Shown: in pieces, positions 10,285 through 21,283 of the stretch
Layout: every line of letters begins with the position of its first letter
How positions within the stretch are numbered: position 1 is the first letter of the stretch
DNA from: Blastocladiella emersonii ATCC 22665
Taxonomy: Eukaryota > Fungi > Blastocladiomycota
DNA length: 64,000 nucleotides
Reading direction: 5' to 3'
Assembly: GCA_025594325.1 (NCBI GenBank)
Contig: JANHCV010000015.1
Span: 372,001-436,000, forward strand
Made by a program: the position numbers and the translations under genes
Notes under the pieces: generated by a model
What the model saw: only the letters and a program-made list of their open reading frames with translations
Databases searched by the model: none
What the model was told of the DNA's origin: nothing

Positions 10285-13200
10285 ATGACGTCGTCACTCG
10301 CCAAGCAGCTGTCGGCGCTGGCCAACCCCGAGTTCACCTTCGGCACGGGCGAGGGCCGGCTCGAGGGCAAGCTGCGCCCTTCTTTCCTGTTCGACCCCAA
10401 GGTCGCCGCCACCTATGACCTCGACACCATGTTCAGCATCGGCAGCAACGGGTTCGCCGAGCTCGTCCAGATCGACAAGCGCTTCCGCCAGTTCGAGCAG
10501 CCGCTCTTCTCGGACGCGGCCAAGGAGACGGACCGCGTCCTGCGCGACGCCGCCTTCAACAAGTCGCTCGACGCCGTCCTGCACTCGGCCCTGCTCGCCC
10601 TGTCGCCGCACTTCCTGCTCAAGCCCGCCGGCAAGGTCCTCGAGTGGCTCATCCGCCGCTTCCGCATCAACGAGTTCAACGTCGAGTCGGTCATTGCCTG
10701 CATCCTGCCCTACTACGAGTCCAAGCAGTTCACGGCCATGCTCACCACCCTCGACCTCTCGGCGTCCCCGAAACTCGCCCGCTGGGCCTTCCTCGCCCGC
10801 GTCGTCGAGACGGCCAAGCCCATGGACCGCCTCTTCTTCCTGCGCCGACTCTTCACCGACCGCTCGCTCGTCGACTTTGTCTGCAGCACGGTCCAGGACC
10901 GCGTCCGCGCCAAGCACCCCTTCTCGACCGCCTTCACCTTCTACACCACCACCCTCGTCTGCTACGTGACCCAGATCAACGAGGTCACTGCCGACACGGC
11001 CACCCTGCTCATGCCCTTCATCCTCCACGGTATCGCGAGCACCAACAAGGTCCGTTTGTTCTCACTCGCGCTCTGATCCTCATACCCCCCGATCGCTGAC
11101 ACCCGTACAACCAACAGGACTGGCGCTTCAGCAACTACCTCGTGCTGTGCCAGCTCGCCGCCCGCACCTCGCTCGCCGCGCGCGTCCTCAACGAGCTCGT
11201 CGCCACCATCGTCAAGCACGCCCAGTCCGAGACGCCCCAGGCTATCCTGACCCTCGTGTGCCTGTCGCAGTCGCAGCCCAACTTCCCGCAGGACTGCGAG
11301 CCCCTGACCCACGTCATGGCCCTGCCCGGCGCCCTCGCCACGCTCGACCTCGCCACCGCAAAGTACCGCTGCGGGCCCTTCCTGCACGCGCTCGTCCGCT
11401 CGCTCGTCGCGTCCCGCAAGTGGGCCGACCTCCACGACCTGCTCACCCACGCCAGCATCCGCATGCCCTCGGACACGATCGTCTTCCTCGTGCGCGCCGT
11501 GCTCGAGGTCTCGGTCGGGTCTTCAGCGGATGCCGAGGCGGCCGCCCCGATCCTGCGCCAGCTCCAGGGCCGGTACAGCGCCGAGCTCGACGCGACCGTC
11601 GCCGCACACGTGGCCGCCGCCGGCGACGACGCGGACCGCCGCACCGCCGTGTTCCGCGTCGTCAAGCAGTGCCTCGGCTCCACGGTCCACGCCCTCATCG
11701 AGGACCTCGGCACCACCCTGTTCCTCGCCCTCCAGCACCCGTCCGACGCCTACTGCCTCGCCGCCGTCCAGCACCTCGCCGCGCAGCTCGCCGACGCCGA
11801 GCTCGACGCCTCCAACGTGCTCGCCGAGGACGCGGCCGTGCTCGCTACCTCGGTCGTCGACGCGTTTGACCGCAAGCACCGCGACATCATCCCCGCCGTC
11901 CTCGCGTCGCCCGCGCTCGTCGCGTTTGTCGGCACGCACGCCGGCCCCGCGCTCGCCCGCGCCGTCGTCGCCCACGCCCTCACGCACCCGTCCGTCGAGG
12001 CCGTGCGCGCCGTCGACTCGCTGCTCCGCGCTGGCACGCTCGACGCCGCCGCCACCCGCGACGCGACGCTGTACCTGCGCCACGTCCAGGCCGCGCACGC
12101 CGACTGGTTCGCCGCCGAGGTGCAGTACGCGCTCGAGCCCGTGACGCCGTCCGTCGCCACCATCGCCGCGCTCCTCGCGCAGCAGGCGTACGCGACGAGC
12201 GGCCTGTCGTGGGTGTCGCCCGCCAACATCGACGCGGTCATGGACCCCGTCCTCGCGCTGATCGCGCCCGCGTCGTCGGCCGACGTCCGCGACCGCGCCC
12301 TGTCGCTCGCCCTCGCCAACAAGCGGCACGGCGCCGCGCAGCGCACCTTCGTCCAGGTGCTCGCCCTGCCCGACGCCATGTTCGCCGCGGCGCTCCCGCG
12401 CGTCGACCGCATGCTCACGGGCGCGACCGCGCTGGCCTACCTGTGCCCCGCGCTCCGCGCGACCACCCCGACGGTCGTCGTGCGCGCGCTCGGGTATATC
12501 CGCAAGTTCATGCACGTCGCGTCGCCCGGGACCGACTTCCAGGTCCTCCTCCCGCACGTCGTGCCGTGCCTCCTCAGCGAGGACTGCGGCGTGCGCGAGG
12601 CCGTGGTCGAGGTGCTCCGCGAGCTTGTGGCCGCGTACGCCGCGGCGCCGTTCATGGCCAAGAAGGCGGGCAAGAAGATCGTCACCGTGTCGCCCATCGG
12701 GTACAGCGGGGCCAAGGATATCGTGTACGTCGAGCCCAAGCTGCTCAAGGAGTTCTTCGAGGCGGCGCTCGCCAAGGACCTCGCGGCGTCGGCCGAGGCC
12801 GTGCAGCACCTCGGGTACCGCCGTCGGTTCGAGGCGGTCCTCACGGCGTTCCTCAGCCACCTGCCGTACCTCGACCTCGGCACCACGTCGGCGTGGTTCA
12901 AGGTGCTCCAGCGCGTCGACTCCAAGCACGTGTTCCTCAACCTGCACATGCACTTCCGCGCGCGGCACGACCAGCTCGTCAACGCCGAGAAGCAGGCCGC
13001 GGGCAAGAAGCCCGCCCCGCAGCTGTACACGGCGGCCGACTCGCCGCTCGTCGACGTGATTGTCCAGTTCATCCACTCGATCACGCCGCTCGTCGCGGCC
13101 AAGGTCATGGTCTCCGAGTCGTTCGAGACGGTCAAGCAGTTCCTCAACGGGTACGCGACGCCCGCCCTGGCGCGCGTCCAGCAGGCCACGCTCACCCGCA

Positions 13201-16145
13201 TCACGCCCAAGCTCTGGGAGTCGCTCTCGCCCGAGCAGCACCACGACGTGCTCTACGTGCTCCTCAACATCGTGTCCAAGTCGCCCATCTCGGACGTCGT
13301 CCTCGAGGCCAAGGCCGTCCTCAAGCGCATCCCCGTCGCCGTCGAGACCCTCGTCGACATGTTCATGTTCCTGATCACGACCAAGGCGGCCGCCGATACC
13401 AACAAGGCCGTGGCGGGTAGTGGTGAGGCGGCCGATACGGGCAACGCGGCCAAGCGTGTCAACACGGGCGAGCCCGCGATGCACCGTCGCCTCGGCAAGC
13501 TCACGTCGCTGCTCGAGCTCGTGTCGTACAAGGAGGTCGAGGACAGCCACCTGCTGGTGGCGCCGCTGTTCACGACGCTCGAGGTGATCAGCAACCACCC
13601 GGCGCAGGGCAAGTTTGACCAGTACGACTACATTGTGCAGCTGATCCTGGCCGACCTGCTGCACGTGTCCAAGGCCGGGCTCGACGAGTCGGCGTTCCGC
13701 ATCAACGTGCTCGTGTCGTGCATCCGGTCCACCGACAACCCGCAGACGCACAACTCGCTGTTCATGGTGCTGTCGTCGCTGGCGCCGCTGTGCTCGGAGA
13801 AGGTGCTGCTCAACGTCATGCCCATCTTCACCTTCATGGGCGCCAAGGTGCTCCGCCAGGACGACGAGTACACGTTCAACGTCGTCGAGACAACCATCGA
13901 GAAGATCATCCCCGCCCTCCTCCTCTCGGCCCAGAACACCAAGACCCTCCTCCAGACCTTCACCGACGCCTACTCGCACATCCCCGGCCACCGCCGCCTC
14001 CGCCTCTACACCACGCTCGTCCGCACCCTCGGCGAAGAGTACCTGTACGCGCTCCTCGCCCTCCTGCTCGCCCAGGAACACGTCAAGATGCTCGAGTTCT
14101 GCCTCCTCCTCTCGGCCGAGTTCGGCGTCGCCGCACAGCTCGGCGCCATGATCCAGCTCACCCGCATGTGCGTCGACGCCGATATCCGGCCCGCGGCCCG
14201 CGGTGACGCTGCCGCTGCGGCCAAGCCCGCCGTCGCGGCGGTCCCGGCCAAGGAAAAGTTCCCCAACCGCCGCAAGAAGTCGCCGCGCGCAGCGGCCCTC
14301 GCTGCCGCGGCCGCGGCGCTCATGGAGGAGGACGACCGCATCATCCCGCTGTCGGCGCTCGACAAGATCCGGCCGCCGGTGCTCATGTTCATTGACGAGA
14401 ACCTGCTGATGCGGTCGTTCATCAACGGGCTCAGCAAGTCGCAGGTCGAGGGCGAGGTCAAGCAGTTCATCGAGGCGCTGCTGATCCTGGTGCAGCACCA
14501 GGCCGACAACAAGCCGGTGCTCCGGCTCGCGTACGGCGTCCTCGACAAGGTGCACCACCTCCTGTCGCTCAACACGTTCCTCGCGGTCGCCGCCGACCTG
14601 TGGAAGCACCCGAACGCGCTGGTCCAGAAGCGCGCCGTGGCCATGTTCAACGACCGCGTCGGCCACCTGTCGGCCGCCACCGTCGCCAAGTACCGCGCCA
14701 CGCTCCTCGCCACGCTCCCCGCGGTCCTCTGGATCTTCTCGCCCGACGCCAAGCTCCACCACGACGCCGAAATGACCCAGCTCGGGCTCATGGCTATCCA
14801 GCAGCTGTGCGTCCACTTTGCCGCGCAGCCCGCCCACACGCAGGCGTTCATGGACTGCATGCCCGTGGTTCTCGCCCAGGTCACGAACGGGTCGGCGCCC
14901 GCCGTCACGGCGTCGGCGCTCGTGTGCCTGTCGCACATGGTCGCGCAGATGAAGCAGCGCACCGTCAAGCACCTCAACGCGTGGATGCCCGCGCTGCTCG
15001 ACTTTTTCGCCCAGAAACAGCAGCACGTGCTCAACCGCCTGTCGGCGCTGGCGTGCCTCGAGCAGTGCGTCCGCCACCTCCACGCGTTCCTGTCGCCGTA
15101 CCTCGGCCGCATCTACGCGTCCGTGTTCGCCATGCGCGCCGCCAAGGTCGCCGTCGTCAACCCGCAGGTCGAGCTCCTCCACGCCAAGCTCGACGAGGTC
15201 GCCGCGCTCATCGCGGCCCACGTCGCGCCGCGCCACGTCCTGCCCGCCCTGTACACGGCCGTCGACGCGCTCCCCGCGACGGGCGCGGCGCCCGAGACCG
15301 AGCCCCTCGTCCAGTTCGCGACGCATGTCGTCGCGGCGCTCCCCAAGGACGGCGTCAAGGCGTTCAGCGGCGATATCTTCCACCGCGTGTTCCTGGCGCT
15401 CCTGGACCACGCGCCGTACTCGGCCTCGGTACTCCCCGCCGTCGTCGCCCTCGTCATGAAGCTCAACGAGGACCTGTTCCGCCCGCTGTTCGCGCACCTG
15501 CTCCGGTGGGTCCGCGAGAAGCCCGCGCCCCGCCGCGCCGCCTTCTTCCACGTCCTCGAGGCCATGTTCGACGCCATCAAGAACCTGCTCGTCGGGTACG
15601 CGGCGCTCGCGTTCGAGGACGCCATCGCGACCATCGCGGCCGCCGTCGACGCGCCCGACGCCAAGGGGACGATCGACGCGGCGACCCACGCGATCGGCGC
15701 CCTGCACAAGTGCGCCCTGTACGATACCGTGGCGGCCGTTGCCGGGCAGCTCGAGCCCCTTGCCGCGTCGCTCGTGTCGGCCCTCCGCGTCCCCGCCCTC
15801 GCCCCCGCCGCGTCCGCCGCGCTCGTCCAGATCGCCGTCACCGTCAACGGCGACGAGGCGTGGAAGGTGCTCCACTCCGCGGTCCTCGGCGCCACGCGCG
15901 TCGATCTCACCGACGAGTTTGGCGTCGACGACGAGACGGCGCTCGCGTGGCGCAAGGCCGCGATCGCGACCGTCGGCCAGCTGTTCGAGACCATCGGCGA
16001 GGGGTACCTCACGCTCCTCCCCGAGACGATCCCCGCCGTCGCCGAGTGCCTCGAGGACGAGGCGTGCGAGAAGGTCACGGCCGCCGCGGTGCGCCAGATC
16101 GAGGGCGTGCTGGGCGAGCCGCTCGCGAAGTATCTGCAGAAGTAA
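10285..16145 (+). CDS. UTP10: U3 snoRNP/SSU processome HEAT protein Utp10 (HEATR1); 2 exons
   Basis: N-terminus MTSSLAKQL...PSFLFDPKVAA...KVLEWLIRRF; intron 11050-11117; C-terminal BP28CT-like KLNEDLFRPLF and LLPETIPAVAECLED. Confidence 0.95.
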
Positions 16146-16183
16146 GGAGGTGTGTGTTGTGTGCGAAGTTACTATAGTTTGTA

Positions 16184-17461
16184 TCAGTCCGTCACCTCGT
16201 CGTCCTCAACCTCGTCCATTGTCACCACCTGCCGCGCCGCAGTCGCCGCCGCCGCTCGGGTCGACGACGACCGGAACAACTTGGACGCGGTCGTCGCGGC
16301 CGCCGCGTCCTCCTTGGCGCGCTCCTCGCGGACCAGCGTGTCGCGGAGCTGCGCGACCGTGTCGCGGCGGTGCACGGGCGCGTCGATGTTGGCGTTCCAC
16401 AGCCGCACCCACTGCCGGTGCCGGTCCATGAGCTGGTCGCGCCGCCCCGTCGTCGGCAGCCCGTGCTCGTCCAGCAGCGCGCGCAGCTGCGCGTCCTTGT
16501 ACACCGAGTAGAAGCCGCGCGGTAGGCGTTTCGTCGGGATGCCCGACGAGTCGGTGTAGGCGGAAGGGGTGGAGGAGGGGGAGGCGGGGGCGGGGGAGGG
16601 TTTCGGGCGTTTGGCGGGCCGCGCGGGTGCCGCCGCGCGCGATTCTTGCAAGTCGATGCACGCGCCGACGTGCGCGTCTCTCGACACGCCCGCCGGGTAC
16701 CGCTCGTGGCACACGAAGCACGTGTCGTCGTCGTCATCCTCGCCGTCGTCGCCGTTGCCGGCCGGCGTGTCGCGGACGATCACAATGTCTGGGTCATCGT
16801 CCTCGTCGGCTGGCGCCGGGTTCGGCCGCGCGCGTTTCCGCGGACCCGGCGTCGGCGGCGGCAGGCTGTCGCTGCTGCTGGTGCTGCTCTCGGAGCCCGA
16901 GTCGTCGGGGATGGCGGCGTACGAGGCGGCGGCGCGGCGGGGGCGGGTAGCGCGGGAGGCGGACGGCGGGGTGGATACCGCGGCAGCGGCAGCGGATCGG
17001 GTCGAGGACGATGGCGTGGATCGAGATCCAGCGGCGGCGGCAGCGGGTGCAGGTGCGTTCGCGGCCTTGAGCAGGCCCGGGCGCGCAAGGCGGAACGACT
17101 CGACAATGTCGTCGAGCACGCGGTGCGGGACGAGGTCGCGTTCCTTGATGTCCCTCCTACACGTCCCGAAGTCAGCACAACGACGTCGATCCAGTCCCCT
17201 CTAGCGAACGCACCGGCAGCTCGGACACGACGTATCGGTACTCGTGATCCGCTCGCGGATGCAGCGCGAGCAGAACGTGTGCCAGCATCCCACGACCATG
17301 AGCGGCGTCTTGTACAGCTCGTAGCACATGCTGCACCGCAGGTGCGTGTCGAGGTCGCCCGCGTGCTTGTGCGCCGCCGGCCAGTCGGACGGGTCGTCGA
17401 GCGCGTCCAGCGTCGACTGGAATGCCGCCGCCGAGGCTGCAACGAGTTGCGTGTGATCCAT
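16184..17461 (-). CDS. RAD18: Post-replication repair E3 ligase Rad18 (RING, UBZ, SAP); 2 exons
   Basis: RING CSMC...CWHTFCSRC...CPSC; intron 17213-17157; UBZ CFVC...HVGAC; SAP LRALLDEHGLPTTG...RHRQWVRLWNANID. Confidence 0.92.
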
Positions 17462-17887
17462 GGGTGCCGTTTGAGGAGGAGAGGGAGGGGAAGGGAGGGG
17501 CGACGGTGAGGTGAGCGGGGTGATCGCGATTTGTGAACTTGTCGAGTCACTCTTTCGCGCACACGTCGTCGCTCCGCGTGTTGACAGTACCCCTGGTGTT
17601 GACCCTCGCGAGGGATGACCACCGTGGATCACATCGATCTCTTCCCATCACGCTTGAATATTACGTCCGAGAGGGCCCAAAGAAGCCTTTGGTGACACGC
17701 GCCATCGCCGCGTCCTACTCGCTCAGCGTGAGGAGCGCCGTGGCCGCGTGCAGGGCGGCGGGCCCTCGCCAGCGACCGCAGTCGCGAAATGCCCGCAGGA
17801 ACGGCTTCCAGTTCCGGTCGATGGTGCTTATGGACGATAAGTGCGGTCAGCGCGTTCAAATCAGCTATATTACGAGACGAAGACGGG

Positions 17888-19441
17888 TCAAGGCGCCCGC
17901 AACTTGCGCGGATCAGGCTTGTCGGGATTGCGGGCGTGGAACTTGTCAATGAGCGCCGAGTGCTGGCCGACGAGCTCGTCGTATCGTTTCGGCACTATAG
18001 CGCTGCCTGGCGCCATGAACAAATACCTGGGAACGCCGTCTAACGCAGCAAAGACGGCGCGAATCACGTTGCCGTTCTCGTCCCAGACGGGCTGGTTAGG
18101 CTTCCAGACATTGGCTGGTGAGCTGTCCGCGGTGCTGGCCACGGTGATCGTGTCGTCAGCCATGGACGCCTTACGCTTGCGCGACGGCTGCAGCTGCTCT
18201 GGCCCTGCAGCGTCTGGCTTCAACTGAGTAAGGGTGGGCTGCTGCTGCTCGGCCACCGCCGCGGCCGTCTTGGCCTGAATGAGGCGGTCCAGCTGCGCAA
18301 GTCTGGCCTCCTCCGACTCGAGAGTGCGCAAGATAAGCTTGCCGACCAGCGGGGTAGTCTTGGCAAGCGAAGCAAGGAAGGCAGGTAACTTTTTTAGGAG
18401 CTCACTTTGAAGCTCCCGGAGCTCTGCTGAAGTAACATTAGGGTAAGTTCGGGCCGCAGCAAGGTCCGCGGTAAGCCACTCGTTGAGAGATTTGAGCTCT
18501 GCGGCCTTGTCGTCGGCAGCGGTGAGACGGGATGCAACCGAATCGAGTTGCCGCGCAAGTGCATCGCGATCATTGCAAGACTGGTCAAGCTGTGTCGTGA
18601 GATCCGCAAGACGGGTCTCGTTTGATTTGACGTGTTGTCCAAGGTTGAGATTGCTGGCACGCGACTCGGCAAGCTGCGCCTGGAGGTCGGCAATGGTGGC
18701 ATGGGCGGCCGAAAGCTGAGCGTTGACGGCGGCCGAAAGCTGAGCATCGCTGTTCATAAGGGCGGCGTCGAGCGCCTTCGCGAACTCTGCAAGCTTCGCG
18801 TCGAGTTCGCTGGATTTGGTGTTGGCGGTCAAGAGCTTCTGCGCCGTTTCCACGAGCTGCTGTGCGAGCCTTTCTCGGTCCGCGCGTGCAGCTGCGAGAT
18901 CCGATGTAAGCTTGGCGTTGTCCGACTCGGCGGCAGCGCAGCGGGCGGTGACCGCGCTGTTTTCGTCGTGAAGCTGCTTGACTGCAGCCTTGGTCGTTTC
19001 GAGCTCCGAAGTCAGCTGAGCGTCGCGAGACTCGAGTTCCACCGCCTTGGATTCCGCAACAGTCGCACGCGCGTTGGCCGATTCGAGCTGCTCCTCCAAG
19101 TCGATGCGAGTACAACCAAGCAAGACCATGGCCTTCGCGAGCTCCGATGAGAGTTGTTTGTTGCGAGCATCGGCTGCTTCCAGAAGGTCGTTGGACAACG
19201 CAAGTGCATCGGCGACCTCGTCCCGCTCCGTCCGAGCCGCGACAACCCGCTGCTCGGCCAGAACACGCAGGTTTTCCGATTCGGCGAGTCGTTGGGTGAG
19301 CTTATTGGCCACGACGATGGCCTCGTTCCGCTCGCGCACTGCCTTGTCGTGCAACGCTCGCAAGGCAGCGATTTCGCTGGACGGAGGCGCCGACGGCAGC
19401 GCGGGAGCAAGTTGCTGCCAGTTGCCGGGAGTAATATTCAT
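17888..19441 (-). CDS. Coiled-coil protein with NLS and degenerate C-terminal chromodomain (family copy A, intact)
   Basis: 517-aa intronless ORF with long heptad-rich region and RKRKA. C-terminus RYLF...ALIDKFHARNPDKPDPRK aligns with the chromodomain of copy C. Confidence 0.8.
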   Translation of the reverse strand: MNITPGNWQQLAPALPSAPPSSEIAALRALHDKAVRERNEAIVVANKLTQRLAESENLRVLAEQRVVAARTERDEVADALALSNDLLEAADARNKQLSSELAKAMVLLGCTRIDLEEQLESANARATVAESKAVELESRDAQLTSELETTKAAVKQLHDENSAVTARCAAAESDNAKLTSDLAAARADRERLAQQLVETAQKLLTANTKSSELDAKLAEFAKALDAALMNSDAQLSAAVNAQLSAAHATIADLQAQLAESRASNLNLGQHVKSNETRLADLTTQLDQSCNDRDALARQLDSVASRLTAADDKAAELKSLNEWLTADLAAARTYPNVTSAELRELQSELLKKLPAFLASLAKTTPLVGKLILRTLESEEARLAQLDRLIQAKTAAAVAEQQQPTLTQLKPDAAGPEQLQPSRKRKASMADDTITVASTADSSPANVWKPNQPVWDENGNVIRAVFAALDGVPRYLFMAPGSAIVPKRYDELVGQHSALIDKFHARNPDKPDPRKLRAP

Positions 19442-19544
19442 TCGCTTCGTTGTTTGACTGTTCGCGCAGGGGGAGCGAGAGATCTTGGATGGTGACTTGG
19501 AAGGGGGGGAGCCGAAACCGTCCGTGCGAAAGCCCCTTCCTGAC

Positions 19545-19564
19545 CACGTGCGTGGCGCTGCGCG
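19545..19564 (-). promoter_or_regulatory. Composite motif (CGCGCAGCGCCACGCACGTG) about 105 bp upstream of copy A
   Basis: Variant of the recurring CGCG(T/C)TGCGCCAC(n)CACGTG motif; followed by (G)GTCAGGAAGGGGC, as in copy B. Confidence 0.6.
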
Positions 19565-20070
19565 ATCAGTTTGCGCATCTCATCTCGCACCTGCCCGAGC
19601 GCTCGTGCTCCATGTCCCTCTTACACGCTTGATTAGCATTTAATTCAATGTTTTACTTGGTTACCGTGCCCGGCTCACGGATCTGTATCCAACCAAAGCG
19701 TCAACGGGCAAGCGCCATCAGCAACCACGGCGTTCCTGCCCTTTTTGTCACGCGTAACGCCTGGTCTCTCTCCGTCAATGTTGTATGGATCCGCGTCTCG
19801 GCACTTCCACCTGCTCGTAACCATGATCCTCCAGGACATGATCCCAGATGTGCTTGAAGGACTGAAGTTATTTTCTCTCGTCGCAAAGCCTGATGGGCTG
19901 TCAAATCGCAAGCACCAAGTCTGAATCAACATCAATTAAAGGACGCCTACAGCTGAGACATGATTGAGCCTTACTCACTCCGATAGTTCGCGCCGCGGAG
20001 CAAGCTGCCAGGAGGAAAGAGTTTTAACAGATTTATTTGGTGAAGCGTTCAACGCGAGCAGCGGGAGCGG

Positions 20071-20908
20071 TCAAGCACCCTGCTTCTTACGCAGGTCGTG
20101 CTGATGCGGATTGTGAGCGTGAAGCTTGTGGAGAAGCGCACAGTGCTCGCCGGTGAGCTCCTTGGATGATCTTGACTCTTTCTTGCAGGTGCGCTTCTTG
20201 AACCTTCTCCTGAAAATGCCGTCCGAGGGACGGTGCGCGCAATAACCCATGATGCCTTGGTTGTCTCAAACCTACTAGTCGTGTTTGAGTTTCGAGCGGT
20301 GAGTGGGAACGTGCTTATCCTCGTCCATAGGCGCCTTGCGTTTGCGGGACGGCTGCTGTGCTGGCGCCGCATCCAAGGCGGCCTGGATGGGACCGCTTGA
20401 TTGCGCAAATATTGCCGCGTCTGGCTCGACAGCGTGCGAAGTACACGTTTCAAAAGGCGCCGGCTGATCGAGATTGGTGACTTGCACGGCCGAAGTGGCC
20501 GTCTCCGCTCCACGCATCGCCTCCGACTCAGTAAGCCTGACGCGGAGCTTCAAGATGCCCTTCCAAGTCGACGCGAGTAGAATCAAACAGGACCATGGCC
20601 TTGGCGAGCTCCGATGAAAGTTGCTTGTTGCGGGTGTCGGCTGCTTCCAGAAGGTCGTTTGACAACGCAAGCGCGTCGGCGACCTCGTCGCGCTCCGTAC
20701 GAGCCGCAACAACCCGCTGCTCTGCCAAAACACGCAACTTTTCCGATTCAGAAAGCCGTTGGGTAAGGTTGGCGGCCGCTGCGATGGCCTCGTTTCGCTC
20801 GCGCACTGCCTTTTCGTGCGAGGCTTTCAAAGCAGCGAATTCGGCGGCTGACGGCGCCGACTGCAGAGCGGGAACGCGTTGCATGTAGTTTTCGGGATCC
20901 AGATTCAT
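20071..20908 (-). pseudogene. Coiled-coil/chromodomain family copy B, internally deleted and frameshifted
   Basis: N-terminus near-identical to copy A (LRVLAEQRVVAARTERDEVADALALSNDLLEAAD), then a stop at 20528. PSRKRKA lies in a second frame and ELTGEHCALLHKLHAHNPHQHDLRK (chromodomain tail) in a third frame ending at 20071. Confidence 0.8.
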
Positions 20909-21005
20909 TTGCTTCGTTGTATGACCATCGAGGAGGAGCGGAAAAAGCCAGGGGAGAGCGGTCAAAAACGTCGCGGCGATCGGGTCGAACGCCCCTTCCT
21001 GACCG

Positions 21006-21025
21006 CACGTGTGTGGCGCAACGCG
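21006..21025 (-). promoter_or_regulatory. Composite motif (CGCGTTGCGCCACACACGTG) about 100 bp upstream of copy B
   Basis: Direct sequence match to the motif found in the 33-38 kb array. Confidence 0.65.
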
Positions 21026-21283
21026 ACCATTGCTCATTCCAGCTGTGATAGAATGGACGTTATCTCCTCGTTCGAGAACCTCCTTCTGTGCGATCCAATC
21101 GCATGTGCTCTAGCGATACTACTCGAGTAAGCGGGTCTCAAACTGCTACCCATCAAGCCTGCACGATGCCCACGGATTGATGGCAAATGGGCAAAGTAAC
21201 CCAAGACGTTCCAAGCCAGCTGGAGCAATAAAAAGCCAAGCGGATCTATAGAAAAAGCGACGAGAAGTTCAAAAAGCTACCAA

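Noticed and set aside
9407-10285. RRPE/PAC ribosome-biogenesis motifs upstream of UTP10
   Set aside because: Only partial matches (aaaaaattc at about 10110); not strong enough to call.
11523-15875. Very long antisense and alternate-frame ORFs (also 41646..42986, 59219..61114 and many Arg/Pro/Ala-rich ORFs)
   Set aside because: Shadow ORFs expected from extreme GC3 bias opposite or overlapping recognisable genes; no domains or independent start signals.
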